Shown: one piece after another, positions 1 to 8,495 of the stretch
Layout: each line of letters starts with the position of its first letter
Position numbering within the stretch: the first letter of the stretch is position 1
Origin: a virus
Lineage: Duplodnaviria > Caudoviricetes
Direction: 5' to 3' (one strand)
Virus record (IMG/VR): IMGVR_UViG_3300042319_001458
Span: 1-59,772 of that record
Length of the DNA stretch: 59,772 nucleotides
The notes under the pieces: generated by a model
The model's input: the letters and a program-made list of their open reading frames with translations, nothing else
The model's database searches: none
What the model was told of the DNA's origin: nothing
Translations under genes and position numbers: made by a program

Positions 1-127
1 CAGCTGTAGAGAAGGGTATTGTTTACGGCCTTGAGACAGGCGTCTTAGACGACGAATGCATAAAGGTAGCGAAGGATGAGTTCTGGCGACTTATGGCTTT
101 ATCAAGTGACCCTGCAGCCGAAAAAGA
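1..127. repeat. Terminal direct repeat copy 1 (circular assembly overlap)
   Basis: Identical to 59646-59772. The 127-nt length matches a common assembler k-mer, and the repeat lies inside a continuous ORF. Confidence 0.95.
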
Positions 128-611
128 AGAAGCCGCAGTTCCTGAAATGGTTAAAATCGGCCTTAAAGAATTGCGAGGATATGGACCGCCAACATCTGCC
201 CAAGGCAAAATTGAGTATAGGTTTGACGCGATCGCGGTTCCCTTTATCGGTTACTATGATATTGAATGGAAGAACCATAACATACTGGTAGATATTAAAA
301 CGACCCATGCTTTACCGTCTAAAATTTCTACAAATCATGCGCGACAAGTATCGCTTTATGCTGCTGCTTTGGGCAATGAAGTTGACCCAAGAGTTACTTA
401 TGTCACGCCGAAGAAGTCTGCGACGTATCGGGTTGAAAATGTATCTGAGCATGTCAAAGCTTTGGAGCGAATCGGTCTTGCGATCCAACGGTTTTTATCG
501 ATAAGCGAAGATCCTATGGAGCTCGCCAAACACGTCGTTCCTGACGTTGATAGTTTTTACTTTAAAGATCCAATGACGCGTCAAGCAATCTTTGAAATTT
601 GGGGAATGTGA
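1..611 (+). CDS. PD-(D/E)XK (RecB/Cas4-like) exonuclease, 3' part; gene starts at 59501 and crosses the origin (about 251 aa)
   Basis: The joined frame reads MNNDPFAAYGIQHLSPS...AAHRGTAVE...IGYYD...LVDIKTT...HARQVSLY, which carries the HLSPS, G-x-x-D, D-x-K and Q-x-x-x-Y motifs. Confidence 0.85.
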   Translation, partial: AVEKGIVYGLETGVLDDECIKVAKDEFWRLMALSSDPAAEKEEAAVPEMVKIGLKELRGYGPPTSAQGKIEYRFDAIAVPFIGYYDIEWKNHNILVDIKTTHALPSKISTNHARQVSLYAAALGNEVDPRVTYVTPKKSATYRVENVSEHVKALERIGLAIQRFLSISEDPMELAKHVVPDVDSFYFKDPMTRQAIFEIWGM

Positions 612-826
612 TGAGTATAATTCATTCAGCTGGATATATCGCTTTAACTCTTAATAACGGAAACACAGTTACAGTTAAGATTTCTAAGATTAACGCCATT
701 AGCACATTAGGTAATGATGGCGTTGCTCAAATACTTTTTGACGGCGGTTTCGAAATTACAGTTAAAGAAAAGATGCATGAAATCTTTGAAAAGATCGATG
801 CATATATAGCGCCTGAATTGCGCTGA
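611..826 (+). CDS. Hypothetical protein
   Basis: ATG overlaps the upstream TGA; operon context. Confidence 0.6.
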   Translation: MSIIHSAGYIALTLNNGNTVTVKISKINAISTLGNDGVAQILFDGGFEITVKEKMHEIFEKIDAYIAPELR

Positions 827-894
827 TTCAGAAATTCCCCGCAACGGGGAGAGGCAAGAGGCTGGCCAGACAGTCTCATCAATGGAGAAGTAAA

Positions 895-1542
895 ATGGCA
901 TTTGGTGGATTTTTTGATGGCGTTGGTGAAGGTGGTTCATTCCTTCCGATTGTAAAATATGATGCGCGCTCAGGCCGCATTTCACGTCGTGATCGCGAGA
1001 ATGGCGAGAACAATGACATTGATATCACAAAGAGCTTTAAAGCAATCTTTGACTTTGAAAATGTCGAAATTGGCTGGATCAATTTTAATACAGGCGGCGC
1101 TCCTGACTTTCGTGTCGCTCGCTACGCTGATGGCGCTGCTGTCGGTAAGCCTGACGGCGACGGGTTCAAACGAGGCGTCCGCCTTGTCGTTAAGCTCTCG
1201 AAGGAGTGCGGCGGAGACGTTCGCGAGTTCGCGTCCAATGCGGCTGCGTTTCTCGATGGTGCAAAGGCTTTGATGGATGCTTACGAGACAGGTGTAAAAG
1301 CCAATCCTGGTAAGCTTCCTGTCGTTGTATTGGAAGATTCAGTTGCAAAGACTTCGAGTGGAGGGGCTCTGAAGACGACGAACTATGTGCCTGTGTGGAA
1401 GATTGCTTCTTGGGTTAATCGCCCGGACGATCTTGTGTATTCGGCGCGTAGTTCGTCGAGCGCGCCCACATCATTTGAAGGACCTGCCTCGACTGGCTCG
1501 ACAAAGGTTTCTGCGCCAGCAGGAGAAGATGACTTCGGTTGA
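895..1542 (+). CDS. Putative single-stranded DNA-binding protein
   Basis: GGAG SD, position next to the exonuclease, flexible S/A/P tail ending in acidic-aromatic EDDFG. Confidence 0.65.
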   Translation: MAFGGFFDGVGEGGSFLPIVKYDARSGRISRRDRENGENNDIDITKSFKAIFDFENVEIGWINFNTGGAPDFRVARYADGAAVGKPDGDGFKRGVRLVVKLSKECGGDVREFASNAAAFLDGAKALMDAYETGVKANPGKLPVVVLEDSVAKTSSGGALKTTNYVPVWKIASWVNRPDDLVYSARSSSSAPTSFEGPASTGSTKVSAPAGEDDFG

Positions 1543-1547
1543 TTAAG

Positions 1548-1612
1548 TTAGGTGGGCGTTAAAGCTCACCTAATAGAGGTGTGGCGTAACCCGCAAAGCA
1601 GCGCCACACCTC
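1548..1612 (+). promoter_or_regulatory. Two adjacent stem-loops between SSB and the next gene
   Basis: TTAGGTGGGC/GCTCACCTAA (1548-1573) and a perfect 11-bp stem GAGGTGTGGCG/CGCCACACCTC (1576-1612); no U-tract. Confidence 0.55.
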
Positions 1613-1630
1613 ATTACACAAGGACAGACA

Positions 1631-1927
1631 ATGCGTTTTTTGATTACGATGAATATGCCGTCGTTCAATAATAATCTTGTTCATCAAGTTAATGTTGAAC
1701 ATGCTGCTTCAAAAAGCATTGAGGATTTCATTACGGCTTTAACCGATAATGATTTTGTGCTTGTTGAAGAATTTTATCGCGATCCAACAACGGGAATGGA
1801 GAACAGCCGGGGACAACTGGCTTTAAATTACCGCTTCGTAGGTAAAGTGAAAATCATGAACGGCGAAGCATTCCAAAACACTCAACTGAAACGAGATCGA
1901 TATGACTATAACCGCAAATCCGCATGA
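1631..1927 (+). CDS. Hypothetical phage protein
   Basis: AAGGA SD, 98 aa, overlaps the next gene. Confidence 0.7.
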   Translation: MRFLITMNMPSFNNNLVHQVNVEHAASKSIEDFITALTDNDFVLVEEFYRDPTTGMENSRGQLALNYRFVGKVKIMNGEAFQNTQLKRDRYDYNRKSA

Positions 1928-2348
1928 GCTCCTTCATCAAGCCGCTAGTGTTTTACAAGAGCGCGCACAGACGCATGGCGACTTTGAAAACAATTTTCAG
2001 CTTATTGCTGATCTGTTTTCTTTACGCATTGGACGCGACTTTCATCCTTACGAAGTATGCATTCTTCTTGAATGCGTGAAAGACGCGCGCATGTTTGCCA
2101 ATCCGGTAAACGTCGATAATTATCTTGACGGGATTAATTATCGCGCCTTTGCAGCTCTCTTTGCACAGGACTATGTTGGCAGCGCCGCCGGCAATTCAGG
2201 CGTTGCTTACATCAAAAAGAATGAGCTCAAAAAGGCGGACATGAAGCCTGTTGAAGTCGTGAATAAATCAAAAGTAAAACCTGCAACTCCGTCAAATGTT
2301 GCTCTTAGTATCGATAATCTTTCAGACTTAGAGGCGGTAGGACAATGA
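1902..2348 (+). CDS. DUF6378-like phage protein
   Basis: Pattern A...ER...HGD...NF..IA.L...EV...L..VK.AR...DNYLDGINY. Confidence 0.7.
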   Translation: MTITANPHELLHQAASVLQERAQTHGDFENNFQLIADLFSLRIGRDFHPYEVCILLECVKDARMFANPVNVDNYLDGINYRAFAALFAQDYVGSAAGNSGVAYIKKNELKKADMKPVEVVNKSKVKPATPSNVALSIDNLSDLEAVGQ

Positions 2349-2734
2349 CCGGCAAATTAAAACGCGTAACGAGAGATGAATCTTTCAAAATTTATGAACT
2401 GCTAAAAAGAAACGGCATCAGAAAACCAGACAACATTTATGAATATAATGATGGCTGGGATGACGATAAGATTGCAGCATCTGTGGGGCCTAATATTTCT
2501 CGCTGGTCTGTTAAAAATATAAGAGCTGAGTCTTTTGGCATTACAAGAATGAGATTCGTCGACAAAAAAGGCGAGCTTGAAAAGCGGGTTGAAGAACTTG
2601 AAAGGTTGGTTACCGGGTTGTCTAATGCGGTATCAAAAATCAGCCCTCAAGTTCATGGTGCATACGTTGCTAAAACGCCGCTTTTTGAGCCACAGATGGT
2701 GAGCAAAATCGCTAGTTCGCAATCTGAGTTTTGA
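2345..2734 (+). CDS. Hypothetical protein (possible HTH plus coiled coil)
   Basis: ATGA coupling to the upstream gene; WDDDKIAA motif; LEKRVEELERLV coiled coil. Confidence 0.65.
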   Translation: MTGKLKRVTRDESFKIYELLKRNGIRKPDNIYEYNDGWDDDKIAASVGPNISRWSVKNIRAESFGITRMRFVDKKGELEKRVEELERLVTGLSNAVSKISPQVHGAYVAKTPLFEPQMVSKIASSQSEF

Positions 2735-2743
2735 CAATAAATT

Positions 2744-2766
2744 GGGGGCTGCGGCCCCCTCTTTTT
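2744..2766 (+). terminator. Rho-independent terminator
   Basis: GGGGGC-TGCG-GCCCCC followed by TCTTTTT. Confidence 0.75.
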
Positions 2767-2782
2767 GTGGTATTATAGCCGC

Positions 2783-2989
2783 ATGGATATAAAGCATTAC
2801 AAATACGTCCCACATCACCAGCAGAAGGCCTGGGAAGAGGCTGGGTGGGTTTTTGATACAGACCTAGGGCCACCACATGCGGCCTATGCAAGTTTGTTTC
2901 GTTGGCCTTACGACAGCGATCCCGTTATGCCTCAAAACACATGCATAACGGTTACAAAGATTCGGTTGGAGAAAAAAGATGGCGAATAA
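2783..2989 (+). CDS. Hypothetical protein
   Basis: ATG at 2783; overlaps the next gene start. Confidence 0.55.
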   Translation: MDIKHYKYVPHHQQKAWEEAGWVFDTDLGPPHAAYASLFRWPYDSDPVMPQNTCITVTKIRLEKKDGE

Positions 2990-3176
2990 TGATCCAGATT
3001 ACGATTCCGGCGTGAAAGATGAACGCGCCCGATGCATGGTTATTTGCGAGTGCTGGAAGCGCCCTGCTTATATCGCCACGCATTATGGACCTATTGACGA
3101 AGTCGGCATGCGCGTTTTACAAAAAGTTGTAGCGGGCATTGAAGCTGACATCGCGAGCGGCCAACAGCCGCAGTAG
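2979..3176 (+). CDS. Hypothetical protein
   Basis: GGAG SD, 65 aa. Confidence 0.65.
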   Translation: MANNDPDYDSGVKDERARCMVICECWKRPAYIATHYGPIDEVGMRVLQKVVAGIEADIASGQQPQ

Positions 3177-3206
3177 CATTTTTATTTTTATTCACTGGTG
3201 ATTGAT

Positions 3207-3854
3207 ATGGAACCTACAGAAAATTACGCCGTCAGTGCGCGTAGATTGTCGCCAACAGACGGCAATGATGATTTCCCTACGCCGCCATGGGCTACGCGCG
3301 CCTTGATCGAGCACGTCATTGGTATTGACCGCGTGCGTGGTCAAATATGCTGGGAGCCTGCAGCCAATCGCGGATTTATGTCGAGGCCTTTGAATGAGTA
3401 TTTTTCTTACGTTATGGAATCAGACATCCACGATTACGGAGACCGTAACGTGGTTGATTTCCTCGCTACTGAAATTGATAAAAACAATTCTACAGTTCAT
3501 TGGATAATAACCAACCCGCCATTTAATAAAGCTCAGCAGTTTATAGAGAAGGCGCAAACGATTGCGCGTGATGGTGTAGCCATGCTTGTGCGCACGTCGT
3601 TCCTTGAAGGCGTTATGCGCTATCAAACACTGTTCATGAAAAACCCGCCGGATATTGTCGCACAGTTTTCTGAACGCGTGCCAATGGTGAAAGGACGCTG
3701 CGATGCTAAGGCCTCAACGGCTACAAGCTATGCTTGGCTGGTTTGGTATATCGATCCTCATCCTGACGTGGATAAGCAGACAATTCTTAGATGGATTGAG
3801 CCGTGCAGGAAAAAACTTGAGCGAGAGGGGGACTACAAAGATGGTCGCGATTAA
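3207..3854 (+). CDS. SAM-dependent DNA amino-methyltransferase (probably N6-adenine)
   Basis: DDFPTPPW (motif X), WEPAANRG (motif I), SDIHDYG, IITNPPF (motif IV). Confidence 0.85.
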   Translation: MEPTENYAVSARRLSPTDGNDDFPTPPWATRALIEHVIGIDRVRGQICWEPAANRGFMSRPLNEYFSYVMESDIHDYGDRNVVDFLATEIDKNNSTVHWIITNPPFNKAQQFIEKAQTIARDGVAMLVRTSFLEGVMRYQTLFMKNPPDIVAQFSERVPMVKGRCDAKASTATSYAWLVWYIDPHPDVDKQTILRWIEPCRKKLEREGDYKDGRD

Positions 3855-4074
3855 TACAACCCATCATCACTGGAAAGACCCAGCAGGCTTAACGCCGTAT
3901 GAGGCGCGTATCTGGGAGCTGAAGAAACAAGGATTAAACCCACAAGAAATATCTGACGCAATGGGCGGCACATCCAGCCCGCTGTCGATCCAATCAAGAA
4001 TGAAAGTAATAAGAGAAAAAGTAGCGTTGAAGGAGATTACGGATGCACAGAGTCGACGTATATCTTGGGGCTAG
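3841..4074 (+). CDS. Small HTH (LuxR/sigma-4-like) protein
   Basis: LTPYEARIWELKKQGLNPQEISDAMG pattern. Confidence 0.6.
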   Translation: MVAINTTHHHWKDPAGLTPYEARIWELKKQGLNPQEISDAMGGTSSPLSIQSRMKVIREKVALKEITDAQSRRISWG

Positions 4075-4133
4075 TATAGCCCTTATGTGTGCAGCATCAA
4101 TTTTAGCCGCGCGTGGTTGGTGAGGAGCGTAAA

Positions 4134-4388
4134 ATGACACTAGATGATTTTTGCTTCCCAATGGAAGAAGGTTATGACGGCGTTGCAAATAAATCACACA
4201 TGCCAGCGCGCGTTTATAACCTAATGCGCAGCCTCGGCCTCGAAACAGCAGAAGAGATTGCTCAAATTAATTCTATTCAATTTCTTCTTCTTGATGGCGT
4301 AGGATTCAAAACAATAAACTGGATAGAGGACAGGCTCGAGGAAGTCGGTCTCGCTCCTTGGCTACAATATATGCACAGCGTCCATTAA
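4134..4388 (+). CDS. Stand-alone RNA polymerase alpha C-terminal-domain-like protein
   Basis: PARVYNLMRSLGLETAEEIAQ...FLLLDGVGFKTINWIEDRLEEVGL aligns by eye with alpha-CTD (SVRSANCLK..GI..IGDL...LL..PNLG.KSL.EI...L...GL); GAGGAG SD. Confidence 0.7.
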   Translation: MTLDDFCFPMEEGYDGVANKSHMPARVYNLMRSLGLETAEEIAQINSIQFLLLDGVGFKTINWIEDRLEEVGLAPWLQYMHSVH

Positions 4389-4401
4389 TTCGGAGAATAA
4401 A

Positions 4402-5004
4402 ATGCCTAAATTATTTGTTCCTGCATATTGGCCGCTGTTTAAGACGCACGAGCTGCGCCGCTTTGATTATAGCGGCAAAGACCTGCCGCCATTCACGTCT
4501 GTGTTTAGCTATGACGTCGGATCCGATTCAATGCTTTACAACAATTATGATGCAAATGGCGTATGGCTGAACAAGTGGTTTTATCAATATAGAACTGGCT
4601 TTGGCATTGCCGAATGGCGCGATGATTATCCCGGCGGCAAGAAAGTTGTGTTATTGCCGCCAATTGGTTGGGGCGAGTTTCAGGACGTTGGATCAAATTA
4701 CATCAACTATCCTAAGTTTGATTTCTTCAAATGCTGGCCGCCTGCATCAAGTAATGGTGTGCAAGTCGTTCATTTCGAGCAGCACCTGACATCCTTTACC
4801 GCATGCGCCGTTACCTACACTGACGTGATTCAGTTCACCTATTTGCAGAATTGGAATGGCAAGCCTGCAACAGGCGCGCGTTATTGGATGGCTTTAGGTG
4901 TGGGCCCTGTTGCTACGCAGTTCCTGACGCAAGATGCAAATGATCCAACAAAAATCACCGAGACAGGGCGCTGGGATGCTGTTGTTACGAGGGTGAACCC
5001 GTGA
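4402..5004 (+). CDS. Hypothetical aromatic-rich beta protein
   Basis: GGAG SD; 200-aa clean ORF rich in W/Y/F. Confidence 0.75.
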   Translation: MPKLFVPAYWPLFKTHELRRFDYSGKDLPPFTSVFSYDVGSDSMLYNNYDANGVWLNKWFYQYRTGFGIAEWRDDYPGGKKVVLLPPIGWGEFQDVGSNYINYPKFDFFKCWPPASSNGVQVVHFEQHLTSFTACAVTYTDVIQFTYLQNWNGKPATGARYWMALGVGPVATQFLTQDANDPTKITETGRWDAVVTRVNP

Positions 5005-5207
5005 GCGACTATTCAAGCCTTATAAAACAATTGCGCGATGAGCATAATCCACCTTGGATAGTAAATCCTGCCGCTAAAATAGCCGCCGACGCTATTGAGG
5101 CGCAAGCAAAGAGGATTGCTGAACTCGAAGCAGCGTTAGAATTGTATCCCAATATCACTAAATATTTATTGGTCGAAGCTGACAGGGTTTTGGGGGGCCA
5201 GAAATGA
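5001..5207 (+). CDS. Small coiled-coil protein
   Basis: GTGA coupling; AADAIEAQAKRIAELEAAL. Confidence 0.7.
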   Translation: MSDYSSLIKQLRDEHNPPWIVNPAAKIAADAIEAQAKRIAELEAALELYPNITKYLLVEADRVLGGQK

Positions 5208-5443
5208 GCATATCTAACGAAGATTTAAAGCGTCTAGTGAATGAACAAGCAAAGCGCATTGCTGAACTAGAAGCGGCTCTGAAACCGTTTGCTGAAATCA
5301 CAGCGCAACAAAATTTTAAAGACTATCAATATAACCAAGACGATTGCGTTATGACGGCGGGAGTTTGGGGTTTCAAGCCAGATTTTACGTTTAAACTTGG
5401 CGACCTCCGCGCCGCCCGTAAGGTATTGGGGAATAAACAATGA
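5204..5443 (+). CDS. Small coiled-coil protein, partial paralogue of the upstream gene
   Basis: ATGA coupling; QAKRIAELEAALKPFA...GDLRAARKVLG. Confidence 0.7.
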   Translation: MSISNEDLKRLVNEQAKRIAELEAALKPFAEITAQQNFKDYQYNQDDCVMTAGVWGFKPDFTFKLGDLRAARKVLGNKQ

Positions 5444-5607
5444 TTGATATAAGCGATGAAGAAATTAAGGATATGAGCGACGAAGATAAGGTTTATATGA
5501 TTCGTTATTTGGTGAAGCTTGTTCAGTCGTATCAAGAGTCAAGCAATATACAGTATGAGCTCATCAGTGCCCTTGTAAAAGGCAACGGCAAGAACCGCAT
5601 TAATTGA
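5440..5607 (+). CDS. Hypothetical 55-aa protein (not in the ORF track)
   Basis: ATGA coupling; MIDISDEEIKDMSDEDKVYMIRYLVKLVQSYQ...; fills the gap between neighbours. Confidence 0.65.
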   Translation: MIDISDEEIKDMSDEDKVYMIRYLVKLVQSYQESSNIQYELISALVKGNGKNRIN

Positions 5608-5620
5608 TAATGAGGTAAAT

Positions 5621-6046
5621 ATGAAACGCGTTATTGCATTATGTTTATTTATATCCGGCTGCTCCTTTCCTGTCCCTGGCTTGCGAGAAAATTGCACAGC
5701 CGCGCATGGGGGAGACCCGCGCACATGCTGGACGGCATTGCATCTCGATAAGTCACGCCCTGCAACAGGCGCGAGCTACCACAGCGCCGGGACAATGTCG
5801 CTTGCGCATGCAACATGCGTAAAGCAAAACAGTCAGTGGTGGTTTCATGGCGCGCATCATCCTGTGACAAAAGAGATCAGCAGCGAAGGCAATCACGCAT
5901 TGCGCTCTGCTTATTCTACGCGTTACCCGGCGGTAACAAGATATCTTGACGATCGCCGTGCATTGGAGACAACAAGATGGACAAAGCTGTCTGGGTCGGA
6001 TCTGAACAGGCTCGGAGTGCCGCTCTGCAACAGTTCTTCGAATTAA
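5621..6046 (+). CDS. Putative lipoprotein
   Basis: GAGG SD; MKRVIALCLFISG-C signal peptide and lipobox. Confidence 0.65.
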   Translation: MKRVIALCLFISGCSFPVPGLRENCTAAHGGDPRTCWTALHLDKSRPATGASYHSAGTMSLAHATCVKQNSQWWFHGAHHPVTKEISSEGNHALRSAYSTRYPAVTRYLDDRRALETTRWTKLSGSDLNRLGVPLCNSSSN

Positions 6047-6153
6047 AGGATGATAGTGAAACTATCCTTGCAGCCGTGATAGTTATTGGTATTGGTATTT
6101 TTATTGGATGCTGGCTTGGAGATAGAGAAAATGCAAATAGAAAAGGTAAGTAA
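5977..6153 (+). CDS. Possible small membrane protein (58 aa, not in the ORF track)
   Basis: GGAG SD; hydrophobic stretch ILAAVIVIGIGIFIGCWLG; overlaps both neighbours. Confidence 0.4.
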   Translation: MDKAVWVGSEQARSAALQQFFELKDDSETILAAVIVIGIGIFIGCWLGDRENANRKGK

Positions 6154-6502
6154 ATATAAGCCGATTTCGACGCCTTCGCGATCACATGATGGCCAGACAA
6201 TCCGTCAAATGCTTATATCTATTCCTCGCTTAAAATGGCTTGAGCAAGACATAGATGATTGCCAATATTATCGTCAGTATAAAAACCCTAACGACGTAAT
6301 CAAAAAATTACCTATAGATATCCGTAGATCGCCTACATGGTGCGCGACGTTAAAAGGACAGCCGCTTTCACCGCAAGAGAAGAAAGTTGATGAGCTGCGC
6401 ACGTCCATGCAGCCAACAGCGATAGGCCGCGCTTTAGGTCTAAAGGTCTCAACAGTTCGAGGAATGCTTGCCAGAATAAGAGCCAAAAAAGGTGAACTAT
6501 GA
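6131..6502 (+). CDS. Protein with C-terminal HTH
   Basis: LSPQEKKVDELR...PTAIGRALGLKVSTVRGMLARIR. Confidence 0.7.
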   Translation: MQIEKVSKYKPISTPSRSHDGQTIRQMLISIPRLKWLEQDIDDCQYYRQYKNPNDVIKKLPIDIRRSPTWCATLKGQPLSPQEKKVDELRTSMQPTAIGRALGLKVSTVRGMLARIRAKKGEL

Positions 6503-6924
6503 GACAGATGACGGAAGAAAAAAGGCAACGCATAGCAGAGCTTTGGAATCAAAACATGCCAAGCTCAAAAATTGCTGAAGAGGTTGGCGTAACAAGAAAC
6601 GCCGTTATTGGCGCTGTATATAGATTGCGAAAACGCGGCGAGATAATAAAAAGCGCCAGTGAAAAAAGACAATATAAGCCGCGCGCTAAAAAGCCTCTTG
6701 CGATACGAAAGAACTTTCGCAAGCCTCCAGAATTGGGCAAGCCTGTAGGATTGATGAAACTCACAAGCCAGTCATGCAGATTTATTGTTTCAGAGGAAGG
6801 CGCTGAAGAGACGCTTTATTGCAACAACCAAATAGATCGCGCATCATATTGCACAGAGCATTATAAAATTTGTTATGTGCCGCCACGCAGAGCTATTGAG
6901 GGAATGATAGCTGGTGATAAATAA
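6499..6924 (+). CDS. gcrA: GcrA-family cell-cycle transcription regulator
   Basis: N-terminal ELW..NM.SSKIAEEVGVTRNAVIGAVYRL and C-terminal LMKLT..SCRF...YC......YC.EH..ICY, the typical GcrA architecture. Confidence 0.9.
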   Translation: MRQMTEEKRQRIAELWNQNMPSSKIAEEVGVTRNAVIGAVYRLRKRGEIIKSASEKRQYKPRAKKPLAIRKNFRKPPELGKPVGLMKLTSQSCRFIVSEEGAEETLYCNNQIDRASYCTEHYKICYVPPRRAIEGMIAGDK

Positions 6925-6958
6925 CGCGGCCTAACTTAAAAGAATAAATTGCTACAAA

Positions 6959-6992
6959 AATCATGACGGCGATGCGTATTGCCGTCATGATT
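6959..6992. terminator. Inverted repeat between convergent early and late units (likely bidirectional terminator)
   Basis: 12-bp perfect arms AATCATGACGGC/GCCGTCATGATT with an A-run upstream. Confidence 0.7.
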
Positions 6993-7014
6993 ATATAATG
7001 ATGATCAGGACGCA

Positions 7015-7665
7015 TCATGTCCAGGATATGCTCACTGAGCCTGTGCTGCCGCCAGTTCCGCCACTGCTTCTATTCCAGCAATTACAATATTCAAAAAGTT
7101 TATAATAATTACACCCGCCAGTGCCTCCGCTGCCACCCGAGCCAACACTTACTAATATTGATGCTCCAGAAGGAGGGCCCGATCCACCTTGAATTGGATT
7201 AGTATATGTTTGTGTTACTGTAGATCCGGGTGTTGGACCTCCACCACCCCCCGAGCCAGGACCACCCCCGGCAGAAACATATCCTCCGAAAGAACTGGTT
7301 CCTCCAGATCCTCCAGATCCTCCAGCAGGATCACCGGTGCATCCATCTGCATTTGATCCCGCAGATCCACCACCACCGCCGCCGCCACCTGTGCAAGTGA
7401 TCGTAATAGTATTATAAACAGGAACAACTATTGTCTGGCTTGAGCCATATGACGCACTACCACCAGTAATTTTTGATGTTGAATAGAACAAGTCCATGGC
7501 AAGAGAGTTGCCAGGAGTTGGAAATTGATACGCTAATCCATTTTTACCTGCATAAACGCCTTGATACGACGCCATGTCATTGCCGTATCCGAACTCGCTA
7601 TTGATTGAACGGCCTGTAGCGCCGTCTGTTCCTAGTTGTAAATAACCAGAAGCAGGGAGAGCCAT
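7015..7665 (-). CDS. Gly-rich tail fibre-associated/adhesin-like protein
   Basis: MALPASG..L...SINSEFG N-terminus typical of small fibre-tip proteins; poly-Gly runs; follows the S74 fibre gene. Confidence 0.7.
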   Translation of the reverse strand: MALPASGYLQLGTDGATGRSINSEFGYGNDMASYQGVYAGKNGLAYQFPTPGNSLAMDLFYSTSKITGGSASYGSSQTIVVPVYNTITITCTGGGGGGGGSAGSNADGCTGDPAGGSGGSGGTSSFGGYVSAGGGPGSGGGGGPTPGSTVTQTYTNPIQGGSGPPSGASILVSVGSGGSGGTGGCNYYKLFEYCNCWNRSSGGTGGSTGSVSISWT

Positions 7666-8486
7666 TATTTCTTCTCCAATTGCTCAACGCGTGCAGATAA
7701 ATCATTTATTGCATTTACTAAGACACCAACAAGATTTTGGTATGCAATCGTCAAATAACCAGAGTCTTGGTGTTCGACTACTGCATCTGGAACAATCTGC
7801 TGCAGCTCTTGCGCAATCATACCAACATATCTATTGCCGTCTTTGTCTTCAAAGAAGACGCCGCGCATGCGATTAACAAGATCAAGCGCATTTTCAATCG
7901 TCTGAACATTATGCTTGAGGCGCGCATCAGAAAAGGCCGTGATGTTGCCTGTTGCTGTAATTGTGCCAGTGACAGATAAATTAGGCGAGCCGGCTGTAGG
8001 GTCATACGAAAGCTTTGTTACAGATGCGCTCTGCAGCGCCAGCGTGCCGTTATTTACGGAAAGATTGCCTGTGATCGTGCCGCCTGTGACATTGAGTTTT
8101 TGGTCAATCGCTTCGTAGCATTCTGTGCCATTGCTGAAGACGATAGATGTGTATCCGTTTTTAACGCTTACGTTGTTTGAGCCGGTTAATGTTTTAAAGT
8201 TAACATTATATCCGCCGGTCGTATTGTTGGACACAATCCAAAAGCCGCCATATGTAGCCGGGATCGTGACTGTTCCCGTAGCTGATAAAGTGCCCGTCAG
8301 ATTGACGCGCATGTTCTGAATATCTGTGCTCGTAAGCGTGTATGTATTGCCAGCAACAGAAGGCGTGATCGACGTGCCAAAGCACTGATCGATAATTGTT
8401 GTGCTATTATTAAGAGGCGTATTCCAGTTCTGATCATTATAGTCAGGACGGTTTAGCTGTTTATTTGTCGTCGGATTATTAGCCAT
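7665..8486 (-). CDS. Tail fibre/needle protein with C-terminal intramolecular chaperone (peptidase S74)
   Basis: FSDARLKHNV autocleavage motif, GMIAQEL, LVNAINDLSARVEQLE. Confidence 0.88.
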   Translation of the reverse strand: MANNPTTNKQLNRPDYNDQNWNTPLNNSTTIIDQCFGTSITPSVAGNTYTLTSTDIQNMRVNLTGTLSATGTVTIPATYGGFWIVSNNTTGGYNVNFKTLTGSNNVSVKNGYTSIVFSNGTECYEAIDQKLNVTGGTITGNLSVNNGTLALQSASVTKLSYDPTAGSPNLSVTGTITATGNITAFSDARLKHNVQTIENALDLVNRMRGVFFEDKDGNRYVGMIAQELQQIVPDAVVEHQDSGYLTIAYQNLVGVLVNAINDLSARVEQLEKK

Positions 8487-8495
8487 TTTTGCCTC

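Noticed and set aside
1-611. Cas4/CRISPR association of the nuclease
   Set aside because: No Fe-S cysteine cluster, other cas genes or repeat-spacer array; the SSB neighbour fits recombination.
3207-3854. Methyltransferase as a CcrM (GANTC) orthologue
   Set aside because: CcrM is beta-class, with DPPY before the SAM motif. Here the SAM motif precedes NPPF, so specificity is unknown.
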